A stretch of 64,000 nt of DNA from assembly GCA_031375155.1 (NCBI GenBank), contig JANMHM010000012.1:2343-66342 (forward strand), read 5' to 3'. This DNA comes from Candidatus Altimarinota bacterium. GTDB lineage: Bacteria > Patescibacteriota > Gracilibacteria > BD1-5 > UBA2023. Below are positions 31,518-41,095 of the stretch, in pieces (position 1 is the first letter of the stretch; every line of letters begins with the position of its first letter). A program made the translations under genes and the position numbers. The notes under the pieces were generated by a model. The model had not been told where the DNA came from, did no database searches, and saw only the letters and a list, made by a program, of their open reading frames with translations.

Positions 31518-31717
31518 ACGTAAATATTTTTGTGCTCACGAAGAAAGAGATAGTGACTGCAGTGGTCACATTGCTTGTGGTTCAGGACGTGCAGAAGACG
31601 ATGATAATGACACTTAAAAATATTTATAAGAGAGAATATCAGTATATATTACATTTAAATTTTATTTGTCAATATTATTTTCACACTCTTCCGAGAAAGA
31701 CGTACAGAAAGCCACAC

Positions 31718-31764
31718 TTCTGACCACAAAATTTGCTCACACTTTTCCCTTCAGGAAGCCATAG
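31718..31764 (+). repeat. 47-bp direct repeat, copy 2
   Basis: Identical to 27561-27607. Confidence 0.9.
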
Positions 31765-31880
31765 TCAGAGTATACAGAAGAGAGCGCAAGAGATTTTTCG
31801 AAATTGATTTGCATTTACCCCTCTTTTTTATATACTACACGAGCTTATTTTTGTATTTTACTCACCTTTTCAGCATCAGT

Positions 31881-32159
31881 ATGCCGAAAGACGACAAGAT
31901 CGAAGTTGAGGGAAAAGTACTAAAAGCCCTCCCATGAGCCATTTTTGAAGTAGAGCTCCCTGAAGCTTTCTCAAATATGGTGATACGTGCGTATGTCGGT
32001 GGAAAAATGCAGAAAAATAGGATCCGTCTCATCCCCTGAGATACTGTCACTGTCGAGCTCACTCCGTATGATCTTACCCGTGGTCGTATCACATTCCGCA
32101 AGCCAAATGCGAATGCCCCAGTGAGAGTCCCAGGAACCAATAGCAACAATCGTCGATAA
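31881..32159 (+). CDS. infA: Translation initiation factor IF-1 with a C-terminal extension
   Basis: MPKDDKIEVEGKVLKALPGAIFEVEL...RGRITFR, with 2 TGA. About 20 extra C-terminal residues. Not in the standard-code track. Confidence 0.9.
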
Positions 32160-32184
32160 TTCTTTCCTCTAAATACTTACTTCT

Positions 32185-32298
32185 ATGAAAGTCCGTCCAT
32201 CTGTCAAAAAAATCTGTGAAAAGTGTACTGTTATACGCCGTAAAGGTGTAGTACGAGTGATCTGCCAAGAACCAAAACATAAACAACGCCAAGGGTAA
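32185..32298 (+). CDS. rpmJ: 50S ribosomal protein L36
   Basis: [37 protein letters not shown]. Confidence 0.9.
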   Translation: MKVRPSVKKICEKCTVIRRKGVVRVICQEPKHKQRQG

Positions 32299-32304
32299 TC
32301 CAAT

Positions 32305-32385
32305 AATTGTAAATGATAAATGTTAAATGATAAATTCATATACCATTCCTCATTTATAATTTATAACTTATAATTTATAATTTCT
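32305..32385 (+). promoter_or_regulatory. AT-rich imperfect intergenic hairpin/repeat region
   Basis: TGTAAATGATAAATGTTAAATGATAAAT faces ATTTATAATTTATAACTTATAATTTATAATTT. Confidence 0.3.
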
Positions 32386-32393
32386 GAAATATT

Positions 32394-32759
32394 ATGGCTC
32401 GTATCGCCGGTGTCAATCTCCCAGACGGGAAACATGCTGAAATCTCTCTTATGTATATATATGGAGTAGGACGTTCTCTCGCACAGAAGATACTTACGAA
32501 AGTAGGAATCGCCTGGAATAAAAAAATGGGTGAACTCACAGAAGCTGAGCTCGACCTTATCCGTGAAGAGCTCAAGGGCTTCATCATCGAAGGTGATCTC
32601 AGACGAGAAGTCTCATCGAATATCAAACGTCTCCAAGATATCGGATGTTACCGAGGATCCCGCCACAAGAAGCGACTCCCAGTCCGTGGTCAGCGTACGA
32701 AAACGAATGCTCGTACTCGAAAAGGAAAGGTTATGACCATCATGAATAAGAAAAAGTAG
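32394..32759 (+). CDS. rpsM: 30S ribosomal protein S13
   Basis: Intact ORF starting [10 protein letters not shown]. Confidence 0.95.
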   Translation: MARIAGVNLPDGKHAEISLMYIYGVGRSLAQKILTKVGIAWNKKMGELTEAELDLIREELKGFIIEGDLRREVSSNIKRLQDIGCYRGSRHKKRLPVRGQRTKTNARTRKGKVMTIMNKKK

Positions 32760-32886
32760 TCAAAATCACAAGAAGTCGAAAAACTCTTACAGGCATGTTT
32801 CCTAAAAAGAAATCTCGCCGAAGCGAGATTATGGGTACTTCCCAAGAACAATACAATACTTCTCTATAAATTTATAATCACTCTCT

Positions 32887-33279
32887 ATGGCAAAAGCTAC
32901 ACTCCGCCGCTCAAAAAAAACTCGTAAAAATGTCCCTGAAGCTGTCATCAGCATCACGGCAACTCTCAATAATACGCACGTCGTCGTCTCTGACCTCTCA
33001 GGACAAGTCCTCACATGGTCTACAGGTGGTACTGCAGGATTCAAAGGAGCACGAGAAGCGACTCCCTATGCAGCTCAGATCACGAGCGAGCAGGCAGTCG
33101 GAAAAGCAAAGACTCTCCATAATGTAGAAAAAGCTCATGTCTACGTGAAGGGTATCGGTGCTGGTCGTGAGCAAGCTATCCGTGGCATCATCAATGCCGG
33201 AGTCGAACTCATCGGTATCTATGATATCACTCCTGTTCCTCATAACGGATGCCGTAAGCGAAAAGCTCGAAAACTCTAG
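32887..33279 (+). CDS. rpsK: 30S ribosomal protein S11
   Basis: Intact ORF with ...PYAAQ...GIGAGREQAIRG. Confidence 0.95.
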   Translation: MAKATLRRSKKTRKNVPEAVISITATLNNTHVVVSDLSGQVLTWSTGGTAGFKGAREATPYAAQITSEQAVGKAKTLHNVEKAHVYVKGIGAGREQAIRGIINAGVELIGIYDITPVPHNGCRKRKARKL

Positions 33280-33315
33280 TCCCAATCCTTCAATTCTACA
33301 TATTAATCTCCCCCT

Positions 33316-33936
33316 ATGCGATATACTGGACCTAAAATGAAACTCTGCCGCCGTGAAGGATACAACCTCTTCGGTGTAGAAAAGTATAATCTCGAAAATA
33401 ATCACCGTAAAGTAAAACGTGCTGGAAAGCTTTCCGAGTTCGGTGTCCAGCTTCGAAAGAAGCAGGCTGCAAAACGTCAGTTCGGACTGACAGAAAAGCA
33501 GTTTTCTCGATATTATTCTCGAGCTGCAAAGACCAATGAGATCACTGGTGATGCTATGCTTCGTCTTCTCGAAACACGCTTCGATACTGTAGTTCTCAGA
33601 GCCAATTTTGCTCGTACGATCATGCAGGCTCGCCAGTGTGTCGGACATGCTCACTTTCTCGTCAACGGAAAAAAAGTAAATATCCCTTCATATGAACTCA
33701 GCGTCGGTGATGTCATCACTCTCAAGGAGCGTATGAAAGAATCAGGACTTTATAAGTCTCTCGTCGAAGAATTCCAAGCTTTTGCTACTAAAAATGCTAC
33801 TGCTCAGGTAAGCGCATCTCGTTGGCTTGCAGTAGATCCAAAGAAACTTTCTATCACGGTCACGGCACTTCCTGAAAAAGGTGATTTTGATCAGATGATC
33901 GATGTCCAGCGTATTGTGGAGTTTTACTCGAAATAA
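33316..33936 (+). CDS. rpsD: 30S ribosomal protein S4
   Basis: Intact ORF starting MRYTGPKMKLCRREG. Confidence 0.95.
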   Translation: MRYTGPKMKLCRREGYNLFGVEKYNLENNHRKVKRAGKLSEFGVQLRKKQAAKRQFGLTEKQFSRYYSRAAKTNEITGDAMLRLLETRFDTVVLRANFARTIMQARQCVGHAHFLVNGKKVNIPSYELSVGDVITLKERMKESGLYKSLVEEFQAFATKNATAQVSASRWLAVDPKKLSITVTALPEKGDFDQMIDVQRIVEFYSK

Positions 33937-33999
33937 TCCCGATATTACTCTTTTCAGAGAGTATCATTTGTCTTTACTCCCTTATTTCCCCTTCGAACT

Positions 34000-34977
34000 A
34001 TGCATATTCTTCACAACACTATCGGAGTTCCAAAAATTCGACGAGAAATCGTCTCTGCTACAGAAGAGCGTTTTATCATCGAACCACTTCCGAGTGGATA
34101 TGGTGTCACTCTCGGTAACTCTCTCCGACGTGTCATGCTCTCATCTATACCAGGAGCACGTGTCACAGGGATCAAGGTCGCAGGTGTTTCTCATGAGTAC
34201 TCGACCCTTCCTGGAGTCCGGGAGTCTATCCTCGATGTGATGCTCAATATGAAAGCTCTTATCGTATCAAAGGACTCTCTCGAGATCGAATGGCTCTCTC
34301 TTTCGAAGAAAAAGGGTGGAGTCGTCACTGGTGCTGATGTGAAGTGTCCTACAGGTGTCACTATCCTCAATCCTGACTGCTATATCACGACGGTCGATGC
34401 TGGATTCGACTTCGCTATGCAGATACGAGTCGAGAAAAATGTCGGGTACGCATCTATCGAAGATCTCAAGAAGCGTGAAGATGATGTCGAAGTTCTCGTA
34501 CTCGATGCGAGCTTCTCTCCGGTACAAAATGTAAAATACGAAGTCAAGACAACTCGCTACGGTGAGATCACGTCTCTCGACTCTCTCGAGATCACTGTCC
34601 GTACAAACGGAGTCATGTCTCCTTCTGAAGTTATGAAGTTCTCTTCGAAGATGCTCGAGTCATACTTCTCACTCTTCAATGAAGATCGTCTTCAGGTGGG
34701 TGGTGAATTTATCTCTGATATCCGTGAAGTGATCGAGCGTGAGAAACAGGAAGTGAAGGCTGATCTCGAAAAGGAGACCTACACTCCGATCGAAATCATG
34801 GGACTTTCTCCTCGTACACTTAATGCTCTTGTCAACGGAGATATCCTTTCTATAGAACAGCTCACAAAATGTACAGAAGCAAAGCTCTCTTCTATAAAAG
34901 GATTTGGAAAAAAAGCGATGACAGAAGTCCGTGATTGCCTCAAGACACGAGGACTCAAACTTCTCTGAGATGACTAG
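34000..34977 (+). CDS. rpoA: DNA-directed RNA polymerase subunit alpha
   Basis: ORF 34000-34968 continues through TGA for 2 more codons to TAG 34975. Confidence 0.95.
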
Positions 34978-35019
34978 TCATTCTCACGTAACTCCCTAAA
35001 AAACTAACAATTCCCCCTT

Positions 35020-35379
35020 ATGCGACACCGAGTCAAAAAACATCTCCACCTCAATGGAAAAGATACAAACCACCGAAATGCTGTGGTCAGAAACCTCCTT
35101 ACGAGTCTTTTTACTCATAAGAGTATCGAGACAACTGAGAAGAAAGCTCTTGCTATGGAAGGAAGCGCACATAAACTCATCGAAATAGCGAAGTCTGAAC
35201 AGACTGACTATAATAAGATCCGAGCTATCAGTGCTGAGCTCTTCACGAAAGAGGCTGGAGTGTCACTCATGACTCTCGCACAAAACTATAAGAATGTACA
35301 CGGAGGATATACTCGTATCACTCCTATCAAGCTTCGTGATGGAGATGCAGCAAAACTCGTAAAAATCGAACTCATATAA
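35020..35379 (+). CDS. rplQ: 50S ribosomal protein L17
   Basis: Intact ORF starting MRHRVKKHLHLNG. Confidence 0.9.
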   Translation: MRHRVKKHLHLNGKDTNHRNAVVRNLLTSLFTHKSIETTEKKALAMEGSAHKLIEIAKSEQTDYNKIRAISAELFTKEAGVSLMTLAQNYKNVHGGYTRITPIKLRDGDAAKLVKIELI

Positions 35380-35454
35380 ATATAAAAGATTCTGAGAAAT
35401 CCCCATTTCTGCCTTCACAGAAATAAAAAAATCTAAAACTCTAAAAAACTCCTT

Positions 35455-35886
35455 ATGAAAACTCTCGTCGCAAAACAAGTCCTCGGTCACGATAGAAAAT
35501 GGTTTATCGTCGATGCTGCTGGAAAAAATCTCGGACGTCTCGCTACTGGGATCGCTCGACTGATCGCTGGTCGAAATCGAGTCGACTATACTCCACACCT
35601 TGATAACGGTGCCTATGTCGTGGTACTTAATGCTGAGAAAGTGACAGTGACAGGAGCGAAGGAAGCCGTGAAGATGTATCGTACTCACTCACAGTATATG
35701 GGTGGACTCAAGGAAACTCCTCTGGCAAAAATGCGTGTAAAAAAACCAACTCACGCTCTCGCTCATGCGATCGAAGGAATGCTCCCAAAGAATAAGCTTC
35801 AATCAAACATGTCGAAGAGACTCAGGCTTGTTATCGGTACAAATCATGAATATGAAGCCCAGAAGCCAGAAACGATCACTCTCTAA
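35455..35886 (+). CDS. rplM: 50S ribosomal protein L13
   Basis: Intact ORF with ...KWFIVDAAGKNLGRLAT. Confidence 0.95.
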   Translation: MKTLVAKQVLGHDRKWFIVDAAGKNLGRLATGIARLIAGRNRVDYTPHLDNGAYVVVLNAEKVTVTGAKEAVKMYRTHSQYMGGLKETPLAKMRVKKPTHALAHAIEGMLPKNKLQSNMSKRLRLVIGTNHEYEAQKPETITL

Positions 35887-35910
35887 TTCTACACTTAATA
35901 CCTACCTTTT

Positions 35911-36306
35911 ATGTCAGAGAAAAATTATACATACGCTGTCGGTCGTCGTAAGACGGCAGTCGCTCAAGTCCGACTCTATAGTGGGAAATGAATGAATACA
36001 GCAAACGGAATGCCACTTGAGACATACGTAAAACGAGCAGATCTTTTTGCTACGATATACGCCCCACTCAAGACTGCAGGAGTCTATGAATGATTTCACT
36101 TTGATGTAAAAGTAGAAGGTTCTGGAGAATCTGCGCAAGCAGAAGCTATCCGACATGCTATCACTCGTGCCCTCGTCGAATCTGATGAAAATCTGAAAAA
36201 AGCACTTAAAGGAGCAGGATTTCTCACTCGTGATCCACGACAAGTCGAGCGTAAGAAGCCAGGTCGTCCAAAAGCACGTAAAGGTCCATCTTGGTCAAAG
36301 CGTTAA
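35911..36306 (+). CDS. rpsI: 30S ribosomal protein S9
   Basis: ATG 35911 to TAA 36304 with 2 [13 protein letters not shown]...[25 protein letters not shown]. Not in the standard-code track. Confidence 0.9.
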
Positions 36307-36339
36307 AACTCGTTATAAAAATTTCAATTATTTTCTCTC

Positions 36340-36759
36340 ATGCCTACTATCAATCAGCTCGTCCGCAGAAAGCGTAAAGATCCGTCTCGAAAGAGTAAGT
36401 CTCCAGCGCTCCAATTCACACGAAACTCTCTCAAAAAAGAGATGTTCCCCCTCTCTGCACCGCAGAGACGAGGAGTATGTCTAAAGGTGTATACTTCGAC
36501 TCCGAAGAAGCCAAACTCTGCTCTCCGAAAGGTAGCAAAAGTACGTCTGACTAATGGGTATGAAGTCATCTCCTATATCGGAGGAGAAGGACATAACCTC
36601 CAGGAGCACTCAGTCGTGATGATCCGTGGTGGACGTGTGAAAGATCTTCCAGGTGTACGTTATCATATCGTACGAGGTCTTCTCGACTGTCAGGGTGTCG
36701 ATAAGCGTGGACAGAGTCGATCTCTCTATGGAGCAAAGAGACCAAAAGTAAAAAAATAA
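36340..36759 (+). CDS. rpsL: 30S ribosomal protein S12
   Basis: Intact ORF starting [12 protein letters not shown]. Confidence 0.95.
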   Translation: MPTINQLVRRKRKDPSRKSKSPALQFTRNSLKKEMFPLSAPQRRGVCLKVYTSTPKKPNSALRKVAKVRLTNGYEVISYIGGEGHNLQEHSVVMIRGGRVKDLPGVRYHIVRGLLDCQGVDKRGQSRSLYGAKRPKVKK

Positions 36760-36861
36760 TAACCTCCCGAATCAGAATCAAGAAGTGTAAGGTGTGAGTA
36801 TAACATAGCTGTCATAATCTTCCTTCAAATATCTTAATCTTTATTCTAAATTTCCCATTCT

Positions 36862-37317
36862 ATGAGTACTAAAGGAAGCGTATCATTCGCGACACAAAAC
36901 GAAAGACTAAAAAAGTTTGTAAACTATGTTATGAAAGAGGGTAAAAAAACTCTTGCTCATAAAATCATCAATGCAACTTTTGATATTCTCAGACAAAAAG
37001 GTTATACTAATCCTGAAGAAGTCTTCGATAAGGCCCTCGATAATGTCATGCCAAAGATCGAATGTAGGCCAAAACGTGTAGGTGGATCTATCTACCAAGT
37101 ACCTACTGAAGTTCCTCCAGGACGTTCATTTGCCCTTGCTTCTCGCTGGATCCTCGCTGCAGCTCGCGGAAAGAGTGGAAAAGACTTCTCAGTCTTCCTT
37201 GCTCAAGAGATCATAGACGCAGCTACAGAAACGTGAGTAGCAGTCAAAAAGAAGCTCGATGTCTATAAAATGGCAGAAGCGAATAAAGCATTCGCTCGAT
37301 ATGCAAACAATAAATAG
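36862..37317 (+). CDS. rpsG: 30S ribosomal protein S7
   Basis: ORF 36862-37236 continues through TGA to TAG 37315. Confidence 0.9.
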
Positions 37318-37357
37318 AAATTTCATTCTATTAATAATTAACTAACAATTACAGGAT

Positions 37358-37630
37358 ATGGCACATAAAAAAGCGATGTGATCGACCTCGAACGGTCGTG
37401 ATAGTCAAGCCAAAAGACTTGGTGTAAAAATCTACGGATGACGTCCAGCAATCTCTGGAAATATCATCATCAGACAAAAGGGAAATGCCTTCTGGCCTGG
37501 TGCTGGTGTGGAACAAGGAACTGACTTCACTCTTTTCGCTGTACGCGATGGTGTCGTCAACTTTCAGGAGAAGCGTCGTGTCCGATTCGATGGACGTGTC
37601 TACCGTGATATGTACGTATCAGTAGTATAA
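37358..37630 (+). CDS. rpmA: 50S ribosomal protein L27
   Basis: [28 protein letters not shown]..., with 2 TGA. Not in the standard-code track. Confidence 0.9.
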
Positions 37631-37705
37631 TCCAGAACTTAGTATTTAGGACTTGGAGCTTAGAAATATTACTTTCAGTTCTTCCTAATTCCTAAAACCT
37701 AAATT

Positions 37706-37942
37706 ATGACTTTCTCACCTCAACAGCAACTCTCAAAAGTTCGTAGTAAAAAGCGATATTCTGCATGGGTCCGTCTCAATGCAAAACGTCTCAAAAATCT
37801 CGTCTCTCTTCAATATAATGATAAGGGTGAGGCTACTGGACTTTCTCACTTTGCCTCTCCGGTCACTGGACAATATAAAGGACGACAAGTCTTTTCTGTC
37901 CGTACAGGAAAAGGAGCTACGCCGACCAAAATTCGTGCATAG
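37706..37942 (+). CDS. rpmF: 50S ribosomal protein L32 (Cys-less form), tentative
   Basis: MTFSPQQQLSKVRSKKRYSAW...HFASPVTGQYKGRQV resembles L32 N- and C-terminal motifs without the zinc cysteines. Confidence 0.55.
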   Translation: MTFSPQQQLSKVRSKKRYSAWVRLNAKRLKNLVSLQYNDKGEATGLSHFASPVTGQYKGRQVFSVRTGKGATPTKIRA

Positions 37943-37953
37943 TATTTTTTCTA

Positions 37954-37977
37954 GGAGCCCTCTTGGGCTTCTTTTTG
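37954..37977. terminator. Rho-independent terminator
   Basis: AGCCC-TCTT-GGGCT followed by TCTTTTT. Confidence 0.55.
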
Positions 37978-38031
37978 TTGACAGAAATACTATTGTAAAT
38001 ACTCTTTTTATTAGCCTTTATCTATCATATC

Positions 38032-38496
38032 ATGATCTCTCGCCGTCGTACTCGTGAATTTCTTCTCCAGTCTCTCTACTCTCGGCATGAGCTCGGAGAT
38101 GCATTTGTTCGCGAGAGCTTCATAGAGTCATATTTCGATGAGGAGAATGTCGCTCAAATCGACATGACGTATATCGATACCATGGAGAAAGCTATCCTGG
38201 CCCATGAAGCTGAGCTTATCGGTATCGTCTCGACACTTGCTCCGAAGTTCGAGCTCTCGACTATCCCTGTCATGCATATCATGATCATTATGATTGCCCT
38301 CACAGAGATGCTCTATGCATCATCTGCAGATACTCCCGAGGCAGTCTCGGTGAATGAGGCGATCGAGCTCGCTAAGCGCTTTTCTGATGATCAGGGAAGG
38401 ATGTTTATAAATTGAGCACTTTCTGCCTTCCTGAAGTGAAAAGAGAAAGTCATCGCAGAGAAAAAAGAAGTGGAGTTTCGGGTGTTTTCGAAGTAA
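38032..38496 (+). CDS. nusB: Transcription antitermination factor NusB
   Basis: MISRRRTREFLLQSLY... ORF 38032-38415 continues through 2 TGA to TAA 38494. Confidence 0.85.
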
Positions 38497-38510
38497 GAAA
38501 TACATAAGCA

Positions 38511-38542
38511 AAATCCTTCATGCAAGTGGAGGATTTTTTTTA
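38511..38542. terminator. Rho-independent terminator
   Basis: AAATCCTTC-ATGCAAGT-GGAGGATTTTTTTT. Confidence 0.65.
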
Positions 38543-38581
38543 TTTTGGAAAAAGAGAAGGTTTCGATAGAATAATCAGGAT

Positions 38582-41074
38582 ATGTCTAAGTATTCGAAAT
38601 TCACTCCTAAAAATCATCAGAAACTCATCTCTGATCTCGAAAAAACTACGACCGAAGAAGAAGTAAAACTCTACTTTTCGAAATTTTTCGATGTGAAGAT
38701 AAATACCTGAGATCGTCATGATCTCTATACGAGAGAAGCGCTTTTTGAATTCAAGTGGGATAAAAATTTCGAAAAAATAGCTGAGCGCTCAAAAATCCTT
38801 GCTCAAGCTCTCTACTATATCCGTGAGATTAAGTATTCTACAGGAGATATATCGTCGGATAAGACGATACCACCTCACATCGTCCTCATCGACCGTAATG
38901 AAGCTATCATCGAGATTACAGCAAATTGGAAGACGTTCTATGATGATTCAAAGTATGACTGGACGCGTACACCTTCGAGTCCAGATCCTCAACTTGTCGT
39001 CGATATTTCCCGCGATAATACGATCGTGACAGCACACATCTATGATCTTATAGAAATAGAGGATTTCCGTATATTCACTGAGAAGCTCGATGATATCTAT
39101 GATCCCCAGATACGACTTGATCTCGATAATACTGATAAGAAACTCATTACCGAAGAGAATTTTGAATCCGTCTATTTCTACTGGAAAGACCAGATATTCG
39201 GAGATCGAAAGACTCATACCAAACTCCCGAATCTTTTCCTCGCGGATATCCAGGAAGGGAAAGCTATGCTCAGTCGTGAGACGGGGGATCTCTACTTCAA
39301 CCTTGGCAATACGAAGAGTGAAGTCATAAATATCACTCCAAGTGACTATGAATACTTCTGGTCACTCTATGCTCGTGTCCGCAACACGGTAACTATTAAG
39401 GGCATTATCGCAAAGATCGACCGACTCTCCGAAGACAATATCCGTCGTCGAGAAGGAGAGTTCTTCACCCCGATCCGATTCGCCACACGGTGACTTCACT
39501 ATCTCGCAGAAGTACTCTGAACTGACTGGCACAAGGAATACAAAATCTGGGATATGGCAGCAGGAACAGGGAATCTGGAACTCAATATCCCCGCAGAATC
39601 TTATCATAATCTCTATCTCTCGACCCTTCATCATGAAGAAGTAGATTATCTGGAGAGGATATTCCATGGAGCGAACTGCTTCCAGTATGACTACTTGAAT
39701 GATGACGTCGATCTCCTCTTCCGTCCTGAGAATCAAGAAAGTCTCATGAGTGATAAATGGAAACTCCCACAGAAGCTCCGAGATGATCTCGCGAATCCCG
39801 CGAATAAGTGGGTCGTGCTGATCAATCCACCATTTGCTACGAGTCAAGAAGCGGGTTCAACCAGTATGAGTAAGGAATGAGTCAGCGATACCCGAGTACG
39901 AAAATATATGCATGATCTCGACCTTGGAGAAGTCTCGCGAGAACTTTTCGTCCAATTCATCTTCCGTATCCAGAAAGAGATTCCCAAGGCACATCTTGGA
40001 CTATTTTCGAAAATTAAATACCTGAATGCTACAAATGATGAAAAGTTTCGAAGTAAAATTTTCGAGTTTGCATTTCAAAAATGATTTATTTTCTCGTCAG
40101 AAAACTTTAGTTGAACAAGGGGTAAATTTCCTGTTTGATTTCTCGTATGGAATTTAGGTATCCAAAGTAATTTACATAGTCAAAAGGTTTGCATAGATAT
40201 ATTTAATAATTCAGTTCAAAAAATTGGCTATAAGAAGATACAAACGACACTCAAATCTTGATTTTTAAGTACATGGATTGAGAGACCAAAAAATACGAAG
40301 CTATTCCCACCAATCAAATCTGCTATAAATTTTTGATTTGAAAATAAAGATGTCCGAGATCGTATTTCAGAAAACTATATCGGTTCTCTCATGTGTCTTT
40401 GAAATGATGTACTTTCGCAGAACGCTGTAGCAGTTTTATCAGCTCCATATGCAAGTGCTTGAGCACATTCAATAGAACAAAATATTTTTGAAAAGAGTAT
40501 GATCGTGCATGCGGTTCGTCGTATCCCAAAAGCGACTTGGATTAATGATCGAGATCAGTTCCTCCAACCAAATCGAGAGCTCTCTGATGAATTTATTTCT
40601 GATTGTGTGGTATGGTCACTCTTTGCAGACTCAAATCAGACGAGCTCTATGCGAGATGTGGAATACAAGTGAGAGATATATCAGATCGTGAATCAGTTTT
40701 TCCCATTTTCGAAGCGTGAGGTAGAGGAGTGGGATTGTCCGAATCCAGATATATTTCTCGAAAACTCGGGAGATAGGTATATTGCAGAGTGGCTCAGATG
40801 AACGACTCTTTCACCTGAATCAAGTGCTCTATTGAATGCAGGAAGAGAGATTTATAAAGTATTTTTCCGAGAGTGGACACACCTCGATCGACATAGCTGG
40901 AAGATCTCGAACTGGGATGCAGGGTGGTATCAGATCCGCAATGCCCTGAAGGAAAAATACGGTATGGATGAGATGAAGATACTGAAAGACGCGCACAGGA
41001 AACTCAGAGAGAAACTCCTCCCGCAGATATATGAGTATGGATTTTTGCCAGAGGAGATGGTGGAAAATAGATAA
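38582..41074 (+). CDS. Fused Type IIG/IIL-like restriction-modification enzyme (nuclease + N6-adenine methyltransferase + target-recognition region), 830 aa
   Basis: One frame through about 16 TGA. N-terminal PD-(D/E)xK-like HDLYTREALFEFK. FFTP, motif I DMAAGTGN and motif IV NPPF at 39554-39880. Confidence 0.6.
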
Positions 41075-41095
41075 AATATCGTTATAATAATCTCA

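Noticed and set aside
27561-31764. Repeat-flanked cassette as a complete integrative element or prophage remnant.
   Set aside because: I could recognise no integrase, transposase, tRNA target or phage genes inside or beside it. I keep it only as a repeat-flanked cassette of unknown origin.
32998-33654. 218-aa ORF on the minus strand.
   Set aside because: It is antisense to rpsK and rpsD, has a low-complexity product, and the plus-strand genes are unambiguous.
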